Below are positions 21,539 through 53,299 of a stretch of 64,000 nucleotides of DNA, piece by piece. Numbering within the stretch: the first letter of the stretch is position 1; every line of letters begins with the position of its first letter. Source of the stretch: the human T2T-CHM13v2.0 reference genome, Homo sapiens. The notes under the pieces were generated by a model. The model did no database searches. It was not told where the DNA came from and was given only the letters and a program-made list of their open reading frames with translations. The stretch is taken from assembly GCF_009914755.1 (NCBI RefSeq), contig NC_060925.1. One strand, written 5' to 3'. The position numbers and the translations under genes are program-made.

Positions 21539-21806
21539 TAAGCTGGTTCCGAACTCCCGACCTCAGGTGATCCACCTGCCTCAGCCTCCCAGAGTGCTGG
21601 GATTATAGGTGTGAGCCACTGCACCCGGCCGAAAACTTTTTCTTTTTTTTGAGATAGGTTCTCACTCTGGTTGTTGCCCAGGCTGGAGTGCAGTGGCGCA
21701 ACCACAGCTCACTGCAGCCTCGACCTCCCGGGCTCAAGTGATCCTCCCACCTCCCACCTCAGCCTCCCAAGTAGCTGGGACTACAGGCTTGAGCCACCAT
21801 GCCCTG

Positions 21807-21845
<39 letters not shown>

Positions 21846-22143
21846 TAGAGACTGTGTTTGGCACATGTTTAGGGTTACTTGCAACTCCCTGATAGCATCT
21901 GGCCTGTTCTGCCTTATAGCAGACATAGTTGCTCCTATTTCTGGGTCTTCCTGTTAAAGCTCCTTAAGGGCAAGCCCCACGTCTTATTCCTCTCTGCACC
22001 CTCACAGCATCCCATCCAGTGCCAAGGACTGAGTTGGGATTCAGAAAAAAAAAATATTTGAATGGAGTGGATTCCTCTATTAAGCCGAAACACTAAGACA
22101 ATTATACCTGCTCATAAAAACATAATGAGAACAAGAACCTTTA

Positions 22144-22290
<147 letters not shown>

Positions 22291-22333
22291 TTAGCTGGGG
22301 CTGGTGGCGGATGCCTGTAATCCCAGCTACTCA

Positions 22334-22438
<105 letters not shown>

Positions 22439-23233
22439 TCAAAAAATAAAAAAAAGAACACCTCTAAAAATTCTCAGCATTCCTGAAACGTTTCTAATGC
22501 CAGCTTTCTATTCTGGGTTTTAAACCCAAACCAACATGTTCTTTCTTCAGAGTTTGCAGATGTGGTCACAAAAGAAGGGGGAAAAGAGGAGAAGAGAATC
22601 TTTATAACTCATTCAGACACTCCCTGACACGTTCCTCAGGGTAAGAAGGAGGTTGTCTCTTCACCAGTGTTAGAATCTGGCTGGGGAGGAGGTGCAGATG
22701 GAGTTATTTGAAAGCAGAACTTTCTTAGGAGAAGAGGCTCTGTGGAAACTTGTTTTCACCGAGTTCTCTCATGTGTGACGTGAATCAGAAGCTCTAGGAG
22801 ATGTCTGAGAGAGATTTTTACGTTATGAGGCAGCTGCTTATGAAATTAGGTCCAGAAGCTTCCTTCGAGCCAAGCTTCTTCTTATAGAAGCTGGAGAACA
22901 TAAATAGTTTCCATTGCAGCAAGAAGAAAAATTCTTCAGTATGTTTATGGGTTTGTCCTTTCTTTTCCACAGTGGGTAGCAAACTTCTATAACAAGTTGG
23001 CATTGAACTAAAATAGGATTTCTCAAATTCATTTGACTAATACTAAATTCAGCTGAGAGCGCTTATTCTTCTACTCATGAGCAGTCATCTGAGACTTTTG
23101 CAAATCATCAAGCTAAGCTCTAAATGATAACCAGCAACATTTCCCATTCATCTGAGACATGGAAGTAATTATGTGTGCATAGGCAGTGTAAGGGTTAAAA
23201 GCACAGCTTTGGAGTTGGACAGACTGGGTTTGA

Positions 23234-23482
<249 letters not shown>

Positions 23483-23524
23483 TGAGACCATCCTGGCTAA
23501 CATGGTGAAACCCCGTCTCTACTA

Positions 23525-23526
<2 letters not shown>

Positions 23527-23557
<31 letters not shown>
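23527..23557. repeat. (CA)n microsatellite in the middle linker of an AluY (23406-23729)
   Basis: Run of about 15 CA units. Confidence 0.95.
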
Positions 23558-23560
<3 letters not shown>

Positions 23561-23603
23561 TTAGCTGGGCGTGGTGGCGGGCGCCTGTAATCCCAGCTAC
23601 TCA

Positions 23604-23702
<99 letters not shown>

Positions 23703-24533
23703 CTATCTCAAAAAAAAAAAAAAAAAAAAGTTAGCTATTGTAGTAGGCAGCCCCTAAAATATCTTGCAGTAATTTCTGCCTCCCTGTATTCAAATCCTTT
23801 GGGTAATCTCCCCTCCTTGAGTGTGGGGATTAGTGATTAGCGTCTAACAAATAGCATATAGCAAAAGTGATGGCATATTAGGGACCTCGAAAAGCCAAAA
23901 CAATTGAAAAAGACCAAAGTTGGAAGTCTCACACTTCCTGCTTTCAAAACTTACTACAAACTGCAGTATCAAAAACAGTGGGAACTAGCATAAAGACAGA
24001 CATACAGATCAATGGAACAGAGCTGCCAAGACCATTGAATGGAAAAGGATGATAACTTTTCAACAAATGGGGCTGGGAAAACTGCATGTTCACGTGCCAA
24101 AGAACGAAGTGAGGCCCTCACCTACATCATATACAAAGATTAACTTAAAAATGGGATCCCTTGAGCCCAGGAGTTCGAGGTTACAGTGAGCTATGATTGT
24201 ATCGCTGCACTCCAACCTAGGCGGCAGAGTGAGACTCTGTCTCTAAAAAAATAAAAATAAAAAATTAACTCTTAAAACTGATCAAATATCTAAATGTAAG
24301 TGATAAAACCATAACGTGCAAGAAAGTATAGGACAAATGCTTCATGACAGTGGATTTGACAATCATTTCTTGGCTATGACAACCAAAAACACAGGCAACA
24401 AAAGAACAAAACAGACAAGACTTCATCAAATTTAAAAACTTTTCTAAATCAAAGGATAGTATCAACAGTTTCTCAAAAGGCAACCTAGGGAATGGGAGGA
24501 CATAGTTGCAAATCATATAACTGATGAAAGATT

Positions 24534-25770
24534 GTCTAGGGAGAAACTCTCCTAACACTGGGTTTTTCCTCTACTCTCACACCACAATGATCAACTACAC
24601 AGAAGAAAACTTCTGTGACTAAGGGAGGAGACCACCCCTCATCTTGTCTTATGCCCAATTTCTGCCTCCAATGAAAGAAGAAGTACAAACTCAAAGGCAG
24701 AAATGAAATCCACAGGCAGACAGCCCGGTGCCGAGCCCTGGGCCTGGTTAAAGATGGACCCCTGACCTAAACCAGTTATGTTATCTATAGATTACAGACA
24801 TTGTATGGAAAAGCACTGTGAAAATCCCTGTCCTGCTCTGTTCCGTTCTGATTACTGGTGCATGCAGCCCCCAGTCATGTACCCCCTGCTTGCTCAATCC
24901 ATCATGACCCTCTCATGCGGACCCCCTTAGAGTTGTAAGCCCTTAAGAGGGACAGGAATTGCTTACTTGGGGAGCTTGGTTGTTGGAGACGTGAGTCTGG
25001 CCGAAGCTCCCGGCCGAATAAAGCCCTTTCTTCTTTAACTCAGTGTCTGAGGGGTTTTGTCTGCGGCTTGTCCTGCTACATAACCAAACGTGTGTGCATC
25101 TCTCCCTACTACCAACCAGCAGACACCAGCCAGGTGGCCTCCAATTCAGGTCTGATGCTATCTACCCAGAGACAGTGCCAGATCCCACAGGTTGAGGGTT
25201 CAGTCCCCAAGACTGCTCCTTCCTTCTCCACTCTCCCAGTCACAAGTCTGGGCCTCCAGAACTTCTGACCGACTGGCTTCAAGCTGGGGTTCCCCCAGCC
25301 TCCTCTTTGGATTCGATTAATTTGCTAGAGTGGCTCACAGAACTCAGAGAAACACTTACATTTACTGGTTTACTAAGAAAGCTATGTTAAAGGAAACAGA
25401 TAACCAGCCAGATGAGGGGATACATAGGGTGAGGTCTGGAAGGGGCCCAAGCGCAGGAGCTTCTGGCCCTGTGGAGTTGGGGTGCGCCACCCTCCCAGCA
25501 CCTGGACCAGTTTTTCTTCCCCTTCCTGCTGGCTTCCACGTGTTCAGCTATCTGGAAGCTCTCTTGACCTAGTCAATCTTGGGTTTTTATGGAAGCTTCA
25601 TGATATTAGCATTCTTTCCCACAGGGTATAGAGTGGGACCCTCTCATCGGAGAGTCTTAAGACTCCAAGTCCTGCCTTGGGGCAGATGAAAGGAGGCAGC
25701 GGAAGGTCAGAGACCTGCCCCTGAGGCCTAATGCATCCAACATTATAACAAAAGACTCTAGCCTTCATAA
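24534..25770 (-). mobile_element. MER21-family LTR, interrupted by LTR2
   Basis: GATCCCACAGGTTGAGGGTTCAGTCCCCAAGACTG...TTAATTTGCTAGAGTGGCTCACAGAACTCAG matches recalled MER21. Confidence 0.75.
24620..25080 (+). mobile_element. LTR2-family (HERV-E/Harlequin) solo LTR
   Basis: TAAGGGAGGAGACCACCCCTCAT...GAATAAAGCCC...TCCTGCTACA; near-TSD TGAC/TAAC. Confidence 0.88.
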
Positions 25771-25804
25771 ACAATTGTTGGTGTTCGCAATGGGAAAGAT
25801 ATAA

Positions 25805-26131
<327 letters not shown>

Positions 26132-26136
26132 TGACC

Positions 26137-26346
26137 TGTTCTATCAGTCTTAAGATCTGTTTTAATGTTAATGCTGGTCAGCTGTGTCTGAATTCCAAAA
26201 GGGAGGAGGGAATAACGAGGCATGTCCAACTCCCCCTTCCCATCATGGCCTGAACTAATTTTTCAGGTTAACTTTGGAATGCTCTTGGTTGAGAGGAGGA
26301 TCCATTCAGATGGTTGGGGGACTTACAATTTTATTTTTCATTTGCA
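26137..26346 (-). mobile_element. MER4-family LTR fragment
   Basis: ...CCATTCAGATGGTTGGGGGACTTACAATTTTATTTTTCATTTGCA resembles the reverse of a MER4 terminus. Confidence 0.6.
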
Positions 26347-26372
26347 AAATATACCAATTTTCATAATCCCAT

Positions 26373-28575
26373 TGAAACTACCTTTGCCCTCTCCCTCTCC
26401 CTCCCCCTCCCCCTCCCCCTCCCCACAGTCTCCCTCTCCCTCTCTTTCCAAGGTCTCCCTCTGATGCCGAGCTGAAGCTGGACTGTACTGCTGCCATCTC
26501 GGCTCACTGCAACCTCCCTGCCTGATTCTCCTGCCTCAGCCTGCCTAGTGCCTAGTCACGCGCCGCCACGCCTGACTGGTTTTCGTATTTTTTTGGTGGA
26601 GACGAGTTTCCCTGTGTTGGCCGTGCCAGTCTCCAGCTCCTAACCACGAGTGATCCGCCAGCCTCGGCCTACCGAGGTGCTGGGATTGCAGACGGAGCCT
26701 CGTTCACTCAGTGCTCAATGGTGCCCAGGCTGGAGTGCAGTGGCGTGATCTCGGCTCGCTACAACATCCACCTCCCAGCCGCCTGCCTTGGCCTCCCAAA
26801 GTGCCGAGATTGCAGCCTCTGCCCGCCCGCCACCCGGTCTGGGAAGTGAGGAGCGTCTCTGCCTGGCCGCCCATCGTCTGGGATGTGAGGAGCCCATCTG
26901 CCTGGCTGCCCAGTCTGGAAAGTGAGGAGCGTCTCTGCCCGGCCGCCATCCCATCTAGGAAGTGAGGAGCGCCTCTTCCCGGCCGCCATCACATCTAGGA
27001 AGTGAGGAGCGTCTCTGCCCGGCCGCCCATCGTCTGAGATGTGGGGAGCGCCTCTGCCCCGCCGCCCCGTCTGGGATGTGAGGAGCGCCTCTGCCCGGCC
27101 GCCCCGTCTGAGAAGTGAGGAGACCCTCTGCCTGGCAGCCGCCCCGTCTGAGAAGTGAGGAGCCTCTCCGCCCGGCAGCCACCCGGTCTGGGAAGTGAGG
27201 AGCGTCTCCGCCCGGCAGCCACCCCGTCCGGGAGGGAGGTGGGGGGTCAGCCCCCGCCCGGCCAGCCGCCCCGTCCGAGAGGGAGGTGGGGGGCGCCTCT
27301 GCCCGGCCGCCCCTTCTGGGAAGTGAGGAGCCCCTCTGCCAGGCCACCACCCTGTCTGGGAGGTGTACCCAGCAGCTCATTGAGAACGGGCCATGATGAC
27401 AATGGCGGTTTTGTGGAATGGAAAGGGGGGAAAGGTGGGGAAAAGATTGAGAAATCGGATGGTTGCCGTGTCTGTGTAGAAGGAAGTAGACATGGGAGAC
27501 TTTTCATTTTGTTCTGTACTAAGAGAAATTCTTCTGCCTTGGGATCCTGTTGATCTGTGACCTTACCCCCAACCCTGTGCTCTCTGAAACATGTGCTGTG
27601 TCCACTCAGGGTTAAATGGATTAAGGGCGGTGCAAGATGTGCTTTGTTAAACAGATGCTTGAAGGCAGCATGCTCTTTAAGAGTCATCACCACTCCCTAA
27701 TCTCAAGTACCCAGGGACACAAACACTGCGGAAGGCCGCAGGGTCCTCTGCCTAGGAAAACCAGAGACCTTTGTTCACTTGTTTATCTGCTGACCTTCCC
27801 TCCACTATTGTCCTATGACCCTGCCAAATCCCCCTCTGGGAGAAACACCCAAGAATGATCAATAAAAAAATAAATAAATAAATAAATAAAATAAAATAAA
27901 AAGAGAAACTACCTTTGCAAAAATTATAACAGTAAGAAAATCATGGCAGTAAAAGAGATCTGATCTAATCCACACCCATCTTGCCTTTCCCTTAATTATT
28001 CCTGGGCTTTGGGGCTGAGCTAACTTTGAGAGACATTTAGTTTATACTTTAAATGATAATAGGCCTTCCCCAAAACTCAACTGTCTTTGTTAAGCCAATG
28101 AAAGGTCATCAGGCTGTGGGAGGAGAGGAATCTGAATTCTGCTAAGGTGAAGAAATTGTTTAATTGCCAGCCACTCCTGCAGGTAACACCACTATTGTAG
28201 ATTGGCCTTTTGAGTATCTTTTCAGTTTTTGGAAGTCTGAAACCAATGGCTCCACCCGTACCTGGCTCTGCCTCTACCCACCGACATTGCTCCTGTGGTC
28301 CTACTCAGAAGTAGTTCAGCACTCAGGACAGCTTCCACCCCCTATGATTTCATCTCTGTCCCAACCAATCAGCAGCAAGCCTAGCCACCGCAGCCCTTCC
28401 TCGAAAGTGCCTTTGGAAAACTCCTAAACTACCAGCTTTGGATGAGATTTATTTGAGTCCTAATTCTGTCTGTCACATTGTGTGACCGGCCTCATGTCTA
28501 TTGTACTCTTTCGTTACTGCAATGCTGTGGTCTTTGTTTATGCAGCAGGCAGGAAGAATCCATTGGGTGGTTACA
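26373..28575 (+). mobile_element. LTR8-like ERV1 solo LTR, split by the SVA 14 bp from its 5' end
   Basis: TGAAACTACCTTTGCAAAAATTATAAC...GGGTGGTTACA; near-TSD CCAT/TCAT. Confidence 0.72.
26387..27904 (+). mobile_element. Full-length SVA retrotransposon (B-D-like)
   Basis: CCCTCT hexamers, Alu-like domain, GC-rich VNTR (~26820-27360), SINE-R, AATAAA at 27861 and A-rich tail; 13-bp TSD GAAACTACCTTTG at 26374-26386 and 27905-27917. Confidence 0.97.
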
Positions 28576-28637
28576 TCATTAACCCTTACATTTTTATGTT
28601 CTAGTTTCAGAAAATTCTCTTCTCTACCCCCGGACCA

Positions 28638-28948
28638 TATTGGGGGAACCCACCCTCAATATTTCAACATAGGTTCTTTCTATTTTCCATAAGTGTAGGC
28701 CGGCTGAGAAATAAAGAGAGACAGTACAAAGAGAGGAATTTTACAGCTAGGCTGCTGGAGGTGACATCACATATCAGTAGGACCGTGATGCCTGCCTAAG
28801 TCTCAGACCAGCAAGTTTTTATTAAGGGTTTCAAAAGGGGAGGGGGTGTAAGAACAGGGAGTAGGTACAAAGATCACATGCTTCAAAGGGCAAAAAGCAG
28901 AACCACTAATAAGGGTCTAACAAAGATCACGTGCTTCTGAGGGAACAG
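28638..28948 (-). mobile_element. MER11 (HERV-K HML-8) LTR, truncated
   Basis: TATTGGGGGAACCCACCCTCAATATTTCAACATAGGTTCTTTCTATTTTCC...; repeated CAAAGATCACATGCTTC motif. Confidence 0.85.
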
Positions 28949-29031
28949 CTAGAATTACCATATGATCCAGAAATTTCACTTCTGGGCGTACACCCCAAAG
29001 AATTGACAGCAGGGACTAGAACAGCCTGTGA

Positions 29032-35528
<6,497 letters not shown>

Positions 35529-35549
35529 TACTTCTTCTTCTTCCTCATT

Positions 35550-39580
<4,031 letters not shown>

Positions 39581-39770
39581 TTAAAAAATTTTTTATGTAT
39601 TTTAATAGAAAACTTACAGGAACAGCACAGAAGACAGACAATGTTAAACATATGTACTTGCATGTAGGACAACTCGGGTAGAAAATATAGTGAATGGATG
39701 GAATCCACTATATGACAAAAATGCTACAAACACCATTTAGTTGCCATCAATAAGAAATGTACTTCTTTTA

Positions 39771-40131
<361 letters not shown>

Positions 40132-40616
40132 TTATTGTAAAGTTGAACCACTGAAACTTGTTCACTGAAACATTTTAACTTGCATTAATGCTTTATGTCT
40201 CTGCATTCATATTAAAAATTCACACACAAACGAAAATGGAAAAACTGCCAATACCTGATTTCTGTCCCCTATTTTTCCACTCGCAATCATATACTAGGTA
40301 CCTTTTGACCCCATGGGAAAAAAATATCTAATGTTCAGAACTACCAATAACAGGAAGAAGAGAATTTTTTTTTTTTTGAGAATGAAATGATTCCCATCAT
40401 AGTGGATTCTTAAGCACGTTCTCCACGTATGCGGCGTGCTAGCTGCATGTCTTTTGGCATAATTGTTACACGTTTGGCATGGATAGCACACAGGTTGTTG
40501 TCTTCAAAAAGGCCAACCAGATAATCCTCACCTGCCTCCTGCAAAGTACCGACAGCTGAGCTCTGAAAGCGCAGATCTGTTTTAAAGTGCTAAGCGATTT
40601 CTCGCACCAGACCCTA

Positions 40617-40793
<177 letters not shown>

Positions 40794-40820
40794 TCATGGT
40801 ACAGAGACCTCCTTACTTAC

Positions 40821-40897
40821 CCCCCTTCTCCTTCGGCTGGAGCTCGGTGAGTGAGAGGTGGCGCTGGCCTTGGAGAGTGACAGTGGAGCGGCGGCGG
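40821..40897 (-). other. CNR2: Candidate 77-nt internal 5'UTR exon of a distal CNR2 isoform, derived from the H3F3A retrocopy
   Basis: Acceptor TTTTTTTTAATTGTGTTCACAG| (AG at 40899-40898) and donor GGG|GTAAGT (40820-40815), both in CNR2 orientation; fits a recalled two-exon distal CB2A leader. Confidence 0.65.
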
Positions 40898-40913
40898 CTG
40901 TGAACACAATTAA

Positions 40914-50145
<9,232 letters not shown>

Positions 50146-50344
50146 TTATAAAAAGTTGGTAAATATAAATTCTGTAACGTAAACTTGGGTATATATGTGT
50201 ATACACGAACAAACTGTGAATGAGACTGATTTTGTACCGTTTGGCCCAGAATTATTCACGCTCATTGAAATTAGTGCTCTTTTAAAAGATTCACACTGGG
50301 TTGCTTATACATTTACTCCAAAGAAATTGCCATTTTCCCCTTAC

Positions 50345-50470
50345 CTGCATCTGGCTGGCATAATCAACTGAACAATATTCTCTTTCTTCCCCTTTTTCAC
50401 TTACAAGTGGGGCAGAAAGGGGAGGAGAGCAGTCCTCATTCTTTCAGCAAACTTACTGTGCACTTACAAC
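50345..50470 (-). other. CNR2: Candidate distal first exon of CNR2 (CB2A-type), divergent from the PNRC2 CpG island; 5' end approximate
   Basis: Consensus donor ATGCAG|GTAAGG (GT at 50344-50343) at the edge of the CpG island, ~45 kb upstream of the main first exon. Confidence 0.6.
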
Positions 50471-51660
50471 GCGCGAAGGCGCTGTGCTCAGAGAAACAAA
50501 ACCTAACCGGTTGTGGCCCTCGAGGGTGTGTGGGTGGGGAGAGCTGCAGCCACGGGAAACGGTAACACGGCGCGTAAAGGGCTGTAATTGAACTTAAGGA
50601 CCAATGGGGCCACCAAGCAGGAAGTGACTGACTTGCCCGCGTGTGTCTGAACCGCCTTCACAGGGAGGCAACTTTTGAGTAACTGCGGGGCTGGAGGGTG
50701 GGGGCACTGGAGGGAACCGCGGGGAGGCGCCGGCTTCGGACGCGGAGTTGTGGGTGTGGGAGAGAGGCGACCCAGAAGCCGAGGCCCGAGGCGGGAGGGG
50801 GCTGCGCCCTGGCAAGAGGCTTTCCGGAGTATCTTCCATCTGTCAATACAGGCTACAGGACTCAGTGGCCCTAATTCGAGAACCAAACGTCCCCCGCCGG
50901 TCAGTCTTTTCCCCCAGGGCAGTCCCAAGGGCGGCGAGCCCGCGCGCACGAGAGCCGAGCGGTAGGAAGAGCCGAGAGCTAGCGGCCGGGGCCTCGGCGG
51001 GCCAGGGGCGCGGGGAGGCCGCCGGAGAAAGGACTAAGACACCGGTGGACCGAGCAGTTACTCCCGGCATGCTCCTCCTCCCCGGGCAGATTTCAAACCC
51101 TCTGCAGCCCCACCTCCGCGCCTTCGCCCCCGGCCAGCCCCAGCAACAGGCGGCGGCCCGCTTCTCATTGGCCAGGCCCGCGCTGTCGTGTTTTGATTGG
51201 CCGCGGAGCCTCCCGGCCCTGCTTCTGCAGTTGCTGCCGACTCCATTTTGTCGGTAGAGGCAGAAGGAGAAGGTCGGGTTGTAGAAGCTGGGGTGGCCGG
51301 CAGCTCGCTCATCGGTGTTCGTGGGCTTTGTCGGTCCGTGCCTCGTCTCTCCCTGGAAAGGGAGGGAGGCTTCGACGTCGAGAGGGAGCCGCTGCCGCGT
51401 TAGTTCCGAGCTTGAAGTCAGTAAGTAGCGGCTGCGCTAAGGGCGCGGCCATGTTGGTGGCCGCGCTCCCCATTGTTGGAGGAAGGAGGCGAGCGGAGGC
51501 GAGATCCGGGTAACCCGGGCGGGCGCGGGCGGTCACGGGCGGTCGCAGCGCCGCGACCCCTGCGGCTCCGGAGAGATGGGGCCACTGGGAAGCCAAGCCC
51601 TTGTGGCGTCGGAGGAGGCGTTTTCCGGGTTCGAGTTGGGAATTACTCACAGTCCGGAAA
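50470..51660. promoter_or_regulatory. PNRC2: CpG island / PNRC2 promoter (likely bidirectional)
   Basis: GC- and CpG-rich. Paired CCAAT boxes (ATTGG 51167-51171 and 51196-51200, 29 bp apart); ETS CAGGAAGTG near 50618; YY1-like GCCATGTT near 51448; palindrome TCGACGTCGA 51372-51381. Confidence 0.9.
51220..51420 (+). other. PNRC2: PNRC2 exon 1 (5'UTR; TSS approximate)
   Basis: Ends GAAGTCA|GTAAGT (donor at 51421); contains no ATG. Confidence 0.8.
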
Positions 51661-52350
51661 TGGCAATTTATTTAGGGTTGTTTATCTGTTTGGAAAGCTC
51701 TCTTACCCCTTTGAAAGGAGGGGGCTTAACTATTTGGTAACTTATTTTCTTGGAACATCAAATTAAAACCAAACCTTGAAAGTTAAGCTGTTCCCTCTAG
51801 GGAGACATTTTTATATATTTAAGATGGGCTTAGACTGTTAGGGCTTGTGAGAACTTATTTTAAGACGGGGAGGAGGCGAGAGTGTTCATAACCAAAGGAA
51901 ACACTGCGTGATGTCTACATGTTCCAAGAGACTGAAAATGGATGTGACATGTGTGGAAAGATTGGAAAATTCTGGTGGGAGTTTAAAAACACGGTCTCTT
52001 TAGAAAATCCGCCTGAAGCCAATTTTTTGATATGACTCAACATTTAACACTTCCTTGATTTTATACGCGAGAGAATCTGAAGGTCTTTCCCAGGAAAAAG
52101 ATAAAGATAAAACTTATTGCGGGACTTGGAGACACTTACAAAAATTCCCCAGGAGTGATTGGATCTCAAGGGTGAAGAGTTTTTTTAAATGGTCGTGGTT
52201 ATAAGGTCAAAGAAAGCCATCTTACGAGAAATTTTCTACCTTTTAGTTCAGGAAGTAGCCTTCTTTACAGTCAACGATTTTCGTAGTAAATCTAAATGAT
52301 CACTTTCTCAACGTGTTTTTGAAATAATGAAGTAATCTTTACTTTTCTAG

Positions 52351-52556
52351 CTAGGACTTCTCTCAAACTTGTGTGCTGAGGAGACTCAGATGTTGGCCTC
52401 AGCTCCTAGGCTGAACTCAGCAGATCGGCCCATGAAAACTTCTGTATTGAGACAAAGGAAGGGATCTGTCAGAAAGCAACACTTGTTATCTTGGGCTTGG
52501 CAGCAAGGAAGAGGACAGGTAGTGGAGATCCTGCAATCTGAAAAGCAGACTGAAAG
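52351..52556 (+). other. PNRC2: PNRC2 exon 2 (5'UTR, carries the uORF)
   Basis: Acceptor CTTTACTTTTCTAG| (alternative AG 4 nt downstream); donor GAAAG|GTAATC. Confidence 0.85.
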
Positions 52557-52865
52557 GTAATCATCATAATGGGCAAACATTTTATGATGGAACCATCCTA
52601 AACCAATTGTTTTTATTTTAAAATAGATTATGTAGATTTGTGGGTAAGCTCATTTTTCTTAGGGAAGGTATAACAATAAAGGTTGTGCATATATTGAAGT
52701 CTGAACGGCTTGCTTTTTTGAGTTTAAAGCAGCTGAATAGCCTGTTATTGAGTCTTGTCCAAAATATCTGGAGTTATAAGTTGGAGCCATAGAAGCTTCT
52801 TAAAGATTTTGAACTTTTCTTAATGGAATTTTACTCAATATTTGTTTCCATTCACTTGTAGGTGA
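52390..52865 (+). CDS. PNRC2 uORF, 56 aa (52390-52556 joined to 52862-52865)
   Basis: MLASAPRLNSADRPMKTSVLRQRKGSVRKQHLLSWAWQQGRGQVVEILQSEKQTER*; after splicing the last codons are AG|G TGA. Translation is inferred. Confidence 0.6.
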
Positions 52866-52879
52866 CAAAGAAGCTGAAG

Positions 52880-53299
52880 ATGGGTGGTGGAGAGAGGTAT
52901 AACATTCCAGCCCCTCAATCTAGAAATGTTAGTAAGAACCAACAACAGCTTAACAGACAGAAGACCAAGGAACAGAATTCCCAGATGAAGATTGTTCATA
53001 AGAAAAAAGAAAGAGGACATGGTTATAACTCATCAGCAGCTGCCTGGCAGGCCATGCAAAATGGGGGGAAGAACAAAAATTTTCCAAATAATCAAAGTTG
53101 GAATTCTAGCTTATCAGGTCCCAGGTTACTTTTTAAATCTCAAGCTAATCAGAACTATGCTGGTGCCAAATTTAGTGAGCCGCCATCACCAAGTGTTCTT
53201 CCCAAACCACCAAGCCACTGGGTCCCTGTTTCCTTTAATCCTTCAGATAAGGAAATAATGACATTTCAACTTAAAACCTTACTTAAAGTACAGGTATAA
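52880..53299 (+). CDS. PNRC2: Proline-rich nuclear receptor coactivator 2, 139 aa (NMD/decapping adaptor)
   Basis: MGGGERYNIP...YAGAKFSEPPSPSVLPKPPSHWV...LKTLLKVQV; strong Kozak AAGATGG; exon 3 acceptor TTCACTTGTAG| at 52861. Confidence 0.98.
   Translation: MGGGERYNIPAPQSRNVSKNQQQLNRQKTKEQNSQMKIVHKKKERGHGYNSSAAAWQAMQNGGKNKNFPNNQSWNSSLSGPRLLFKSQANQNYAGAKFSEPPSPSVLPKPPSHWVPVSFNPSDKEIMTFQLKTLLKVQV

Noticed and set aside
26704-27858. Overlapping ORFs up to 148 aa and ~40-bp repeats resembling a CRISPR array
   Set aside because: SVA VNTR and SINE-R; tandem units without unique spacers, in human DNA.
50503-51766. Several 60-170-aa ORFs on both strands
   Set aside because: Stop-codon depletion in a CpG island; no protein similarity recognised.
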